This document shows positions 51,670 to 64,000 of a stretch of 64,000 bases of DNA, piece after piece (the first letter of the stretch is position 1; each line of letters begins with the position of its first letter). The translations under genes and the position numbers were made by a program. Source of the DNA: Yuukianura sp. NJ FZ-2021 (lineage: Eukaryota); NCBI GenBank assembly GCA_046563655.1, contig CM102286.1, positions 496,001 to 560,000 of the forward strand. Direction: 5' to 3'. Below the pieces are notes generated by a model. The model did not search any database. It saw only the letters and a program-made list of their open reading frames with translations, and was not told where the DNA came from.

Positions 51670-54600
51670 ATGGTCTACCCAACTTATTCCGTAAAAAACG
51701 TTTACCATTTGAATTCATGTTTTTTGTTTGTTTTCCAAAATAAAGGAAGTTTTACAGTGGCGGCCAAAATTATTGGGACACCCAGTGTAAAAATTTTTAA
51801 ACAACGATAACTTTTTAACGAAGTGTCATAATTAATAACTCGATACGTCATTTTATTCAGAAAATAGTTCTTTCCAATCTCCCAAGTTTTTAGAACTTGA
51901 AGTCAAACGGTTTATTTTATGGAATTTTTTAAACTCAAAACGTCAAAATTCTCGCGGTCAAAATTATTGGGACAGCTGGGGTTTTGGAACGAAATCAACA
52001 GTTATTGGCATTAGTCTTCCATCGGTAAGTCACCTAACTTAATTTTTAGTACTTACTAACACTTGTAGTTAATTGTTGATTAGTTTTTCAGAGATGGTTG
52101 GCAATATCAAGGAAGTTCCAGGACCGATACGCGACCTAATCATTCAAGGTTGGGTTGGTGACGAAAATGGTACAAAATCAGTTCGTCAGCTGTCCGAATT
52201 GTACCACGTACCCAAGTCAACAGTACATAGCATCATACAAAGGTACCTCAAGACCGGTCATGTCGAAAACAAAGTCGGAAGGGGCCGTAAACCAATTCTT
52301 ACTGAGAGGGAAGTTCGCCTGATCACCAAGAAAGTGAAGCTGGACAATCGAGTAAGCGCCGTAGAACTGTCCAAAACACTCAAAAATGACCTTGACACGA
52401 AGTGAGCCGAATTTATCCATAATTCCGTTAATAAATTCCAAGGTTCCAGCCCCGTTTGTAGCCATGCAGCCCCAAACCATGACACTGCCTCCTCCGTGTT
52501 TCACAGTCACATTGAGGTTCTTTGGTTTTAAGGCTTCACCAATACCTCTTCGGACATATTTTCGTCCATCTGACCCCAAAACGTTGACCTTTGACTCGTC
52601 CGACAATAAAATTCTTTCCCAAAACGATACCGGCTTCATAAAGTGTTCTTTTGCAAACTTCAATCTCTTGGCTGCATTCTTCTTTGACACAAACGGTTTT
52701 CGCAACGGCTTGAAAGCTCTCAAATTCTGATTGCAAAGTACTCTTTGAACAGTACGGGGGCTGACTTCGGTGTCAAGGTCACTTTTGAGTGTTTTGGACA
52801 GTTCTACGGCGCTTACTCGATTGTCCAGCTTCACTTTCTTGGTGATCAGGCGAACTTCCCTCTCAGTAAGAATTGGTTTACGGCCCCTTCCGACTTTGTT
52901 TTCGACATGACCGGTCTTGAGGTACCTTTGTATGATGCTATGTACTGTTGACTTGGGTACGTGGTACAATTCGGACAGCTGACGAACTGATTTTGTACCA
53001 TTTTCGTCACCAACCCAACCTTGAATGATTAGGTCGCGTATCGGTCCTGGAACTTCCTTGATATTGCCAACCATCTCTGAAAAACTAATCAACAATTAAC
53101 TACAAGTGTTAGTAAGTACTAAAAATTAAGTTAGGTGACTTACCGATGGAAGACTAATGCCAATAACTGTTGATTTCGTTCCAAAACCCCAGCTGTCCCA
53201 ATAATTTTGACCGCGAGAATTTTGACGTTTTGAGTTTAAAAAATTCCATAAAATAAACCGCTTGACTTTAAGTTCTAAAAACTTGGGAGATTGAAAAGAA
53301 CTATTTTCTGAATAAAATGACGTATCGAGTTATTAATTATGACACTTCGTTAAAAAGTTATCGTTGTTTAAAAATTTTTACACTGGGTGTCCCAATAATT
53401 TTGGCCGCCACTGTAAATCTTGAATTTCCTATTTTTTGTTTTTGGATTTTAGTATGGCGATCCAGAACTCGAGGCCAAAACGAACTTGCGCAGCCGGTAC
53501 GGACAGGCTCAAGACTACAACACGATCTTGAGCCAGGGTGGCGTTTTTGAAGATCCGGAATTCCCGCATGAGCAGAGCAGTGTTGGCGACATTGATGAAC
53601 TACTGGACACTGCAAATCCAAGTGGGGCCGCCATGGTGGCGAAGTGGAGATATCAGGGGTGGGATGGGACTGCGAAGTGGCTCCGGGTCAAGGTAAGACC
53701 ATGCTGGCTGACCTATGGAAATGACCCACAGGTCAAAGACCTTTCCAAGTGGCGAAGAGGTTAATGACCTTTATGATTGTTGGCAACATTCCCATTGCTT
53801 ATCGTCAAGGACGAGGTTGCATGGAAGTGCTGAGCTGAGATATCCGCTCCATCCTAAGATAGTGTTGGAAGGAGCCGATAGCTCTTTCCGTTAGAGCAGT
53901 TCCCGGATTGAAGAGATATGGGTGCGAATCCCACTCGGTTCTGATATTTTTCCACACTATTTCCACTCCGTCCTCACCTCATGCCATATGAGCCCCCTTA
54001 AACTCCGAACATTTTTTTTCAGGATTTGTGTAGAATCAAGTATGGCGAATGGTACGGTTACGAGGCAGTGTTTACGCGGGAGAAGATTGGTGAGGAGTCC
54101 GGTCGCATGGACATTAAGCAAGGGCGAACGGGGGATTGCTGGTTTCTTTGCGCAGTTTCAGCGGTTTGTAGCGTCAAGAGCGTCATTGAGCAGGTCGTAT
54201 CGGATGATAACCATGACAACGACGTAGGAGTTTACCACTTCAGGTGCAACTGCTTACGATTTGTCAACCTAAATACCTTATCTAGCATATATAACTATAG
54301 TTATTTAATACCATAATATTTATATTATATTTATTTGTATATTTATGTATTATAATTCAAAATTTATTTGTGGATTAGGTTTTGGCATCTGGGGTGCTGG
54401 GTGGACATTGTCGTAGATGACTATGTCCCGGTATACGTCGTTGGCAGTCAGCACACCACTGCTGGTTCAGACTTCAACATAAACGGTCGGTCAGCCGAGT
54501 TCTGGCCGATGCTTCTGGAGAAAGCATACGCAAAGTAAGTGTAAGCTAGATTAATTAATTAATTAATTAATTAATACTTTATGTTAAATTAAATATGAAA

Positions 54601-55916
54601 CTGATTTAAATTAAAACAGGCTTCACGGATCCTACTCTACCATTAGTGGCGGGAAGCCTACGTTGGCGTTGCAAGCTCTGACGGGTGGATTCGGCGAGTA
54701 CTCCATCTTCCAACTAGGCGTGCCCGACAAATTTTTTGAACAGATCAAGGACATATTGAACCGAAACACGTTCATATGTGCCGGCACATCCGCCAATCAT
54801 CCCGTAAGCCACACAATTTTAACCCCAGAGTTCAGGTAAATCCGTTACCGTTCGCAGCTGCTATACATTACCCGATCCCGATCCTAATTAGAATGATCGG
54901 GACGAGCACGCCGATCGGGAACCCCAGAACTCCCAGAACACACCACCCCATTGGTTTTAATACTTATTACTTACAATGTATTTGGATATAGTTAGGGATC
55001 GTGGGAGGTCATGCTTACTCAATCAACAAAGCGGCGACTTTGGACGTGGTTGACTACTACGGACGGCAGTCCCAGGTCAACTTGCTTCGCATTCGAAATC
55101 CCTGGGGGTCAAGTGAGTGGAAGGGAGATTGGGGGGACAGGTCAGCGTTGTGGGACCTCGTGAGTCAGGAGCAGAAGGATGCCATTGGGTTTTCACAAAT
55201 GGAAGATGGCGAGTTCTGGATGTCTTTTGAGGATGTACTCAGTTGCTTCAGTGACCTCGGGGCATGTACATATGCAGATGAGCCGAGGATTGACGAACAG
55301 CTGCAACTTTGTCAATGCACGTTTGTTCAAGAAATTGGTGAATGGAGTGTTGCAGGGAATACTGCTGGTGGGGCGAGTAAGGAAATTAATTTATTTAACT
55401 TCAAATACTTCTTACAGTAAAACCTCACTTATAACAACTCGTTGCGATACCGTAAACTCTCGATTAAAAATGGATTCCACTATTTTTAGATGCTCCACAG
55501 GATAATCCACAGTACACCATTGACATTTCAACGCCAACCGTACCGAATCGTGTTTCGGGGATGTTAGTGTCATTGAACTTGGTCCAGAACATCAACGACC
55601 GGTCAATTGGAACTACTGGGGGAGGCATTTTGTTTCGAGTTTTTGAGGTAAAGTTTGAATAAAAGTTGACACCTTGTGTACAGAATAAAAAGATTTGATG
55701 TTGTAGGCGACCGGATCAGAGTCTCCCTACGACAAAAACTTCTTCTACTACCACAAGGAGCACATGCCTCACGACTACCCTGAGCATGTCGCACTCCCCT
55801 TCATCACCAATACCATGGCTTACCTACTTCCAGCCGGACGTTACGTGATCATTCCGTGCACGCAAAATGCTGGATATGAGTCCAAGTTCCATATCCGCAT
55901 TTGGGCCACGAAATAA
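51670..55916 (+). CDS. Atypical calpain, CysPc plus domain III, no EF-hand domain (exons 51670-51690?, 53453-53692, 54023-54243, 54379-54534, 54620-54803, 54992-55376, 55490-55647, 55707-55916)
   Basis: FEDPEFP; triad QGRTGDCWFL, GHAYSI, RNPWG; LLEKAYAKLHGSY; NPQY; PAGRYVIIPCT. The first micro-exon is inferred. Confidence 0.9.
51755..53413. mobile_element. Tc1-family transposon derivative with two left ends (foldback) in calpain intron 1
   Basis: TA TSD; terminus cagtggcggccaaaattattgggaca at both ends; inner direct repeat at about 51954 (IR/DR). Arms 51755-52408 and about 52759-53413 are near-perfect reverse complements. Confidence 0.95.
52409..53074 (-). pseudogene. 3'-truncated Tc1 transposase (about 222 aa)
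   Basis: HTH region, GRGRKP, LSDESK (first catalytic D), TVKHGGGSVMVWGC. Breaks at GIMDKF before the remaining D and E. Confidence 0.9.
53871..53942 (+). other. tRNA-like element in calpain intron, same family as 44344-44416
   Basis: Shared ccggattgaagaga.atgggt.cgaatcccac core; stem ggagccga/tcggttct. Confidence 0.6.
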
Positions 55917-56596
55917 CAACACCAGCGAAGCTGAAATTGCAAAGGAAATTTGTTTTTTTCTTGAGCAGTTTGAATAAATTGTATCTGCGGGTGCGAGATA
56001 ATGGCATGCTAATTTATAAATCATTAAAATTATTTAGAGTAATTGGGTTAAGTTCGTTCGTGAATTAACTTTAGTTGGGTACATGTATGAAGGCAGCCTC
56101 ATGTCAACCTTCCCGAGTGTCTTTTAGTACGACCAACTTAATTTGAATTTTAAGTTTATGCGGATTTGTGCTGATTTTGAATTTGACCAATAGGAAGACC
56201 ACACGATTATTTCGCGTGTAATTTTTGCTGTTCAAAATTATTTTATCATCAACTGTAAGCAACGTGTGAAAGCAACTGTCATTTTGCCGACGGGAGTTGA
56301 ATTTCCAACTTAGGACAGCTTCTTAGGTGAGTCGATTAATTAAGAAGAGGTAATTGATTAGTGTCTTTTAGTTGTGGTCCGCCGGTCATTGGGGTTAGGT
56401 AGCATAAGTTATCCAGTTTCAGTGTTTAGTTCGCGGACGACACGGATTGTTGTGCGAATATTCTGTTTGGTAAATCATATGTTTCTGGGTTCCGTACAGG
56501 CTGACTTAATTAGTTTTGTTTAGGACAATTACTTAGTTGTTGCCTACCTACTAAACTAATTTGTTGTTTTATGGTACAGGCTGCTGGGATTAAATC

Positions 56597-59500
56597 ATGG
56601 CGTCGAAGTTAAGGATTCTACCAATGCTAACAACAGTTATCCTCTTAGTAATTTTTGGATTTTCGTCTCAAGTAACAGGGATCTCCGTTATGAGTGTTGA
56701 CTTGGGATCGGAGTGGATGAAAATAGGAATAGTTTCGGTAAGTTGAACTGAATTTTAGTATCAATTAAAAGTGCGGATTAGTCTTAATACGTTTTACTAT
56801 ATAGCCTGGAGTGCCCATGGAAATCGTTTTGAATAAAGAGTCAAAGCGGAAGACACCGGTTGCAGTATCGTTCCGTGACAATGAGCGGCTCATTGGAGAA
56901 GATGCACTGAACGTAGCAGTGCGTTTCCCATCTAATGCTTACCTTTACTTCTTGGATCTCTTGGGAAAGAAGATTGATAATCCAATTGTAGAGCTTTATC
57001 AAAAGAGATTCCCTTACTACAAGTTAGTTCCTGATCCTGAGCGTGGGACAGTTCTTTTTCAACATGACAGGTAGACTTAACTAAGTTCATAACAGCTGAT
57101 TGATGATTAATTGTTAATTACTGTTTCATCTGTTTGCAGTGAAACTTTTTATTCACCTGAGGAACTCCTTGGAATGATTCTAAGCCAGGCTCGTGACTAT
57201 GCTCAGGAATTTGCCAGTCAACCAGTTAAGGAAGCAGTCATCACCGTTCCACCTTATTTCAACCAGGCCGAAAGACGAGCAGTTCTGCACGCAGCCGAAT
57301 TGGCTGATATCAAGGTTCTCCAGCTCATGAACGCAAACACAGCCAGTAATCTTTGACTACATTTTTGGATTTTGATAATGTTAGTCGTCGGAGTGTCGTT
57401 TTTAATACACTTGAATCTTGTTAGGTGCTTTGAACTATGGTATTTTTCGCCGAAAAGACTTCAACGAGACACCTCAGCACCTTCTATTGTATGATATGGG
57501 AGCATCTAGTACAGTGGCCACGGTAATCAGTTACCAGATGACCAAAACTAAGGAGAAGGGCGTTGTTGAAACTAATCCACAGTTGACCATTCTTGGTGTT
57601 GGGTAAGTCTAGAGTTTGAAATTACTCTGCGATCATCATGTTTTGAGAAATAAGTTGATCAGCTGATTTATTTCGTTTCAGGTACGATCGTACACTCGGT
57701 GGTCTGGAAATGCAACTTCGGCTGAGAGATTTTCTGGGCAAGGCTTTCAACGCCCTGAAGAAGACGAAAACTGATGTTTTTACTAACCACCGTGCACTGG
57801 CCAAACTGTTCAAGGAAGCCGGCAGACTCAAAAACGTTTTGAGTGCTAACGCTGATCACTACGCTCAGGTTGGCTAAGATTTTTTTTTCTATTTGCAGTA
57901 TTTTCTAACCTCAAGTTTTTCGTTACTCGTTGTTCGATTCAAACTGCAAAAGTAAAAAAAAAAAAAAAAAACATTGGGTTTCAGTTCATTTTCGATGCAG
58001 GCTGAAGTCACCGTTTGGATTCAACCTTGAAAATATGAAAACAGTTAAAAAAAAATCTCATTTTTGAAAAAGATGTTTGAAATGTATGGATGTTTTTTTT
58101 TATTACAGGTTGAAGGTCTGCTGGACGAACAAGATTTCAAAACTTCCGTTTCCCGTGCCGAGTTTGAGAATTTATGTGAAGATCTCTTCGAGCGTGTCAA
58201 CTATCCAGTTGAACAAGCGTTGAAAGCCGCAGGAATTACAATGGACCTCATTGACCAAGTCATTTTAGTTGGTGCAGGAACACGGATTCCAAAAGTCCAA
58301 GAGAAACTGACAGAAGTTTTGAAACGAGAATTGGGAAAGAGTCTGAACACGGACGAGGCAGCAGCGATGGGCGCCGTTTACAAAGCAGCGGATCTCAGCT
58401 CTGGATTCAAAGTCAAAAAGTTTTTGACCAAAGATGCTGTTCTCTTTCCCATTTTGGTAACTTTTTAAAACAAATCGCTGAAAGTTTAACACAAATCGCT
58501 GAAATTAGTCATGAACTGTTTCTTTTGCAGGTCGATTTTGAGCGGGAACTGGAAGGAGAAGACGGAGCCGCCCGACCAGTAAAGATTGTTCGTCGAACTC
58601 TCTTTTCCTACATGAATCCTTATCCGCAGAAGAAAATCTTAACATTCAACAAACATGTTGACGACTTTAGCTTCTACGTCAGCTACGGCGAGTTACAAGT
58701 TCCAGCACACGAAGCCAAGTAAGATTCTCTTTTGAACTTTTAACTTCAGCATCAGCTGATTTTCATTTTTGTTGTTTTTAGTGCCATCGGAAGTCCTAAC
58801 ATTACCAAAGTAAATCTGAAAGGAGTTGGAGCAGCACTTCAGAAGAATATTGGCGATGGTATTGAAGTGAAAGGCGTCAAAGCACATTTCAATTTGGACG
58901 AAAACGGAATCATCAGTCTCACTCTAGTCGAATCTGTATTTGAGAAGAACGCAACCGTGGAAACAGTTGCTACTGCAGAAGAGGATACACTTTCTAAATT
59001 GGGATCAGCTTTTAGCAAGTTATTTTCCGGTTAGTTTCGAAATGAGCTGGAAAATTAAGGATTTGACTTAGATTTTGATTGAAACTGTTCATTTTTCAGG
59101 AAGTGGAGATGAAATTCCGGCACAAACTGAGCCTAAAGACGGAGAGAGCAGCGAACAGTCTGAGAATGCTAGAAGTGAGGAAAGTAAAAAAGAGGAAGGA
59201 AGCAAAGACAATGACACTGAAACCGATTCGAAAGCTAAAACTGGAGAAGACAAAGTAGATGGAGCTAAGAACGAGTCAAAAGCGCCCGAGAAGGACAAGG
59301 TCACTGAAAAGAAATCCAAGTTGGTCGTGATCAAGGAAGCGATTGACGTCGAGACGTCCATGCTCGATGTACTGCCACTCCAAGGAGAGAAGTTTCAAAC
59401 CTCGGCACAAAAGTACTTTCAATTTTCAAAAATGTACTGAAATTCGACAATTTTAGTGATGCACTTTTTTGAAATAGGTTGAAGAATTTGGATGAAATTG

Positions 59501-60438
59501 ACAAGGCTAAAGCGCTGAGAGAAAAAGCAAGAAATTCACTGGAGAGCTTCGTTTCGGACATGCAGGACAAAACGACTTCTCCCGACTTTGAAATGTTTTT
59601 GACTGAACAAGAGAAAGAGAAAATTGCCGCTTTTTGCTCAGAGGTAATTTTGGATTTAAAAATTTCAAAAAAAAATTGTTTCAAAATTTTGTGTTTTCAG
59701 ACTTCTGACTGGCTTTATGAAGATGGATTTGAAGCTGAAAAGTCCGTTTTTGAAGACAAGTTGAAGCAGTTGAAGTTTTTGACCAAAGACTTTATGGATC
59801 GAGTGAGAGAACACAAGGAGAGGCCGGATGCTTTAGAAGCTTTGGAGCAAATGCTGAATCTGAGCACCACTTTCCTGGACAGCTCTAAAAAGTTACCAGA
59901 AGATCTCCAGTATTTTACAGAAGTTGAATTATCCACTCTGTCCAAAGTTGTGAAGGAAACGCAGGAATGGAAGGCCAAAATGTTCAAAGAACAAGCAGAA
60001 GTTCCTCTTTCTCAACCGCCAGTTCTCACTATCCGAAGCATTGCAGAAAAAATCGACTCGCTGGATCGTGAGGTAAGTTTTCAAAATTCTTGGAAAACAA
60101 ATAATTTTGAACTTTTTCAATTTTCAATTTTTTGAATTTTTTCTTAGGTGAAGTACATGATGAACAAAGCCCGCGTAGAGCGATTGAAGAAGCAGCGAGA
60201 GGAAGCAGCTAAAGCAAAGGAAGAAGAAGAAAAGAAGAGCAAAGAAGCAGAGAAAAAGGCCAAGAAGAAATCAGAGGAGACTTTACCGGAAGAACCGACG
60301 ATACTAGAAACAGAATTACCGGTACTTGACGAACCAATCGACGGCACCGAAGAACCGGGTTCGTCTTTACCGGACGACACCGAAGAGAAACCGGAACCAA
60401 CTAAAACTAAAGAAGACGGCCAACACACAGAACTATAA
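56597..60438 (+). CDS. HYOU1: Hypoxia up-regulated protein 1 (GRP170/ORP150, ER Hsp70 family)
   Basis: Signal peptide, [49 protein letters not shown], acidic insertion, C-terminal HTEL. Confidence 0.96.
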
Positions 60439-61004
60439 ACAAGGCATTCCTATGATTCTCAATTTATTTACACACGTTTTTCCATGAAAAATTATGTTCC
60501 CATCCACCTAAGTTTTACTTTATGGACATCCTGAACATGTTGCAAAGTAATGTCAATTAGGTTTTAGATTAAAGTTATTGTTAGTTTTTCTGCACCACAC
60601 ACTTAAACTTGTTCCCCGTTAAGGCCGTCACACTCTTGACTTGTGTAACAAGGGTTTGATATAGGTTTCTTGTGATATCCGTAATTTATTTATATGTAAT
60701 TGAAATTTTGGCGGTCAATTTTGAAATGGATGAGTAATTGAGTCCCTTAACCTTTACTACCGTCGACACTGAAGTATGCCGATTAAATTATAAAGTAGTT
60801 GAGATTTCGGCATGTCAAAAAGCGGTGATGCGAACAATGTAATTTGTGTGAACTATTTAATAAAAATGGTGTAGGAGTTGATTCAAATTTTGGTTGGCTT
60901 AAGGTTTTCCGATCGTTATTTAAACCGCAGTGTAGCCATGCGGTCATCTTGTTTGGCTACAGCTGAGTGGCAACATTTGCAGCCACTCTAACTTAAAAAA
61001 AAAC

Positions 61005-64000
61005 CTACCCTAAAGTGGCAACAATGGCGTAAACCTTGGTCGATTGCGGATCTAGAAATTGTTTAAAGTGAGCCACTGCTCGTAGCCACTTTTTTGAGGT
61101 TTGCCACGTCGATTCAAACGTCTGGACTGTCAGTGTAAGTGCAATTCCAAAGGCGTAAATGTAAAATATAGTTTGAATGCTGTCGTGTAGGCTAATTGGT
61201 TTTACCGCCATGACGGTGCTGTTGAGTTGCTCCTTGAGCGTGAACTGCGTGCGATTTGGTCCATGTACAAGAAATATCGTGGTCAACCACTGGTAAATTC
61301 CGGTTTCAACCAGTGTCCGAAAATAGTACGGTACTTTGGAACCTCCATAATTTGAAAACTGCCAAACCCTGAAGTTATCCAAGATTCGGCTCTTTCCAAG
61401 TCTAAAATGAATTCCTTTATAATAACGTTGTAAGTACTCTAGCTCTTGTAGTACGCGCCTCGCCGTTTCGACGTAGGCTGTACGTCCACACTGCACAATA
61501 ATCCTCTCCACGGCGCTATCATATGGAATCGGACTTGTCAATTGTTCGTTCTTGCCTAGATGTGTCCAAGGAGGCGGATGTCGGCACTTGAAAGGATGCA
61601 GCAAGTTCCAAAACAGTTTGTCATCCGGGTATGGCGGTTGGAGTGTTGCATTTGAACTCCAGTCAGTTCTGCGCATGAACATTCTCTCTTCATTCCTCAA
61701 CAGCATTTGATTGAACCTTGTGTACTGAACTATACCATCCGTACCATCATGAGTTTCATCTGGATCTTGACCGTACAACCGAAACTCAGTTGCATTGGGT
61801 TCAGTAATTTGTCTCGCATAAAATGTTTCCCAATAGAAGTGTAGCGAAACGTTGTACGATGAATGTGTTTCGTCATAGAAATCTGTGAAATTTGTGACAG
61901 ATTTCCTAGGCAACGGAGCTGTAATTGACGTAACGGCTATTCCTTTATATCCATTCGTGAACAGAATTCCAGCAAGAAGCCATCCGCATAGACCAATACG
62001 AAAAAAGTTGTGTCTTTCCAGTGTTAGTGGAATTTTAGCCGATTGTTCCAATATACTTGATAACATAAAGAGGTATGACGAAAAGTGAGTTGCTGCAATT
62101 CCAACAGTGTTGGTGGATATACACTTTTTCAACATATCGTCCACGGCTGGATATCCAGTGGAAGAAATGGATGAAACCAAAGGGACGGAGGCTTGCCGGC
62201 GGAGTTTAAGTAAATTGAATTAAAAACACCGGAAAAACTCAAATAACTTTAAATAAATTTCAAAAAGAAAGGCAGTATTATTTTTTCAGTTTTTTTTATA
62301 ACAAAACGATGCAAAGTGCGTTTTGAAAACATTTTGTAATTTCAAATTTGAATGTTTTCAATTTCTCACAAAATTTTTAATTTCTTCCGTCTGCTGAAAG
62401 TTTCGTCGAGTAGGGACAGGGACACATTTGTTCCTTCCCGTGGATATCGACTGGCATGTTTAAGTATCCACCAACACTGTATTCGCATTAGCCGAGTGGT
62501 AATGTCTCCAAGAATCGCCAAGCCACAAATTTGAATAGAAATTGCAGTCCAAAGTTTAGGTTGAAATGGTGTAATGTAGTATTCAAAGGACAGGAAAGGT
62601 TTTGAATAGCATGTTAAGAATATGTACTCATCTTGTTCTACTGGGACAACCGTTGTATCCGGAGTGATGTGAAATATGCAGGGATGAGTTGCAGAGAAAG
62701 TAGGGTAAATTCCAGCTGGATTTTCAGTGAAAAGATTCAGTTCTGCGACATACGTTGGGTTGAACCTTGCTTCCTTGAGGATGACTCCGTAGTGTTTAAA
62801 CGAAACAGGTTTTGTAGTTGCATTCCCTTTGGCTAGCAGCAGGTTCAAGATGAAGTGTTGGAATACCTGGTGACCCCACGCCCACATTTTGGCTGGATTA
62901 GCAGTTTTTTGCACTATGTTGGCATTCCATTGGTATTCAACTTCTTTCACCTCTTGATGCCTCGTTCGCATCCATACCTTTCCGGAATTCTCAACAGAGA
63001 ATAGGCTCTGAAAGCTGAAGTCATTGAAAAGCGCTGAAGGCTCAACCTGTAAACGAACAATTAGTATGTACCTCGCAATTATTTTTCTCTTTTGATACCA
63101 TTATTGTCCTCCTATGTCCATCGTAGCTGTCCATCGTCCATCTAACCGCTCTCATTTTACAAACTCACCAAAAATTCTGAAAGGCGGATTTGGAATCAAA
63201 TTACATCACCAAAGGTATCGGCAAGGTAAATAGAATAGTATATTTTCAAACACCATCACATCGTCTAACGTTCTACAGGAGGAATTTGGAAAAAGTGACG
63301 ATTATAGGCTGAGAAATTCACTAAAGTGTAACTTCCTTATTTATGACAAATTCAAATTTTCCAAAATATTGTTTTTCTCAAATACCACCATACCATCTAA
63401 CTTTCTACAGGAGGCATTTGGAAAAAGTCACGATTAGGCTGAGAAATTCACTAAAGTGTAACTTCCTTATTTATGACAAATTGAAATTTTCCAAAATATT
63501 GTTTTTCTCAAATACCACCATACCATCTAACTTTCTACAGGAGGCATTTGGAAAAAGTCACGATTAGGCTGAGAAATTCACTGAGGTGTAACTTCCTTAT
63601 TTATGACAAATTGAAATTTTCCAAAATATTGTTTTTCTCAAATACCACCATACCATCTAACTTTCTACAGGAGGCATTTGGAAAAAGTCACGATTAGGCT
63701 GAGAAATTCACTAAAGTGTAACTTCCTTATTCACGACAAATTCAAATTTTCCAAAATATTTAAAAAAAAAAATAATAATAAATCAAAATCAAAAAAATTA
63801 AATCAAATAAATCGAAAAATTAATCAACAATAAGGAAAACGTTATTAATTCAGGGTTCAAGAGGTTAAGTAACCCAATGCTCTCTTACCTGCCACATCGA
63901 AGGAGGTTCGCATTTCGGGCAAGCTGCAAATCCTGTGGATTTTCTTTCCAAATCTCTGATGTTATTTTTGACATGGAGGTTCCAGTTTTCACTGAATATT
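61005..64000 (-). CDS. Divergent ionotropic-receptor-like membrane protein, 5' end outside the window, interrupted by a MITE (possible pseudogene)
   Basis: Open exon 64000-63889 splices in frame to 63046. Motifs FLTCY...YITPFQPKLW + TM, WLLAGILFTNGYKG, LVETGIY, then a final TM resemble divergent IR/iGluR topology. Confidence 0.6.
62105..62479. mobile_element. hAT-type MITE inserted in the IR-like coding exon
   Basis: Perfect 15-bp TIR cagtgttggtggata / tatccaccaacactg. Decayed 8-bp TSD aattccaa / tattcgca. Same termini as 14796-14987. Confidence 0.85.
63255..63760. repeat. 130-bp tandem repeat (about 3.9 copies) in the IR-like intron
   Basis: gaggcatttg recurs at 63411, 63541 and 63671, with a divergent first copy near 63280. 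Confidence 0.95.

Noticed and set aside
52073..52405. Second independent transposase gene
   Set aside because: It is the inverted duplicate arm of the same element.

Overview
AT-rich, intron-containing eukaryotic DNA from an arthropod. The gene families suggest a springtail such as Folsomia, but that is inference. In order, the window holds: three tandem F-box genes (1-8.5 kb); six tandem secreted class-3 lipases resembling Mucoromycota fungal lipases (8.8-22.3 kb, minus); a bacterial-type cytosolic UDP-glycosyltransferase with a GC-AG intron and an antisense BTB gene nested in intron 2; a decayed UGT fragment plus a second BTB gene; a Cys-rich secreted protein; a BTB-BACK-TLDc gene; TMEM50; minibrain/DYRK1; a divergent PNPO-like gene with a signal peptide; a calpain with a palindromic Tc1 element in intron 1; HYOU1; and an ionotropic-receptor-like gene interrupted by a MITE. 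The most notable items are the likely horizontally acquired lipase array and UGT, the secreted PNPO-like protein with an altered active site, the foldback Tc1, and a 1.16-kb hAT-type element built of hairpin arrays. Exon structures were read by eye from splice signals and frame; no database searches were run.
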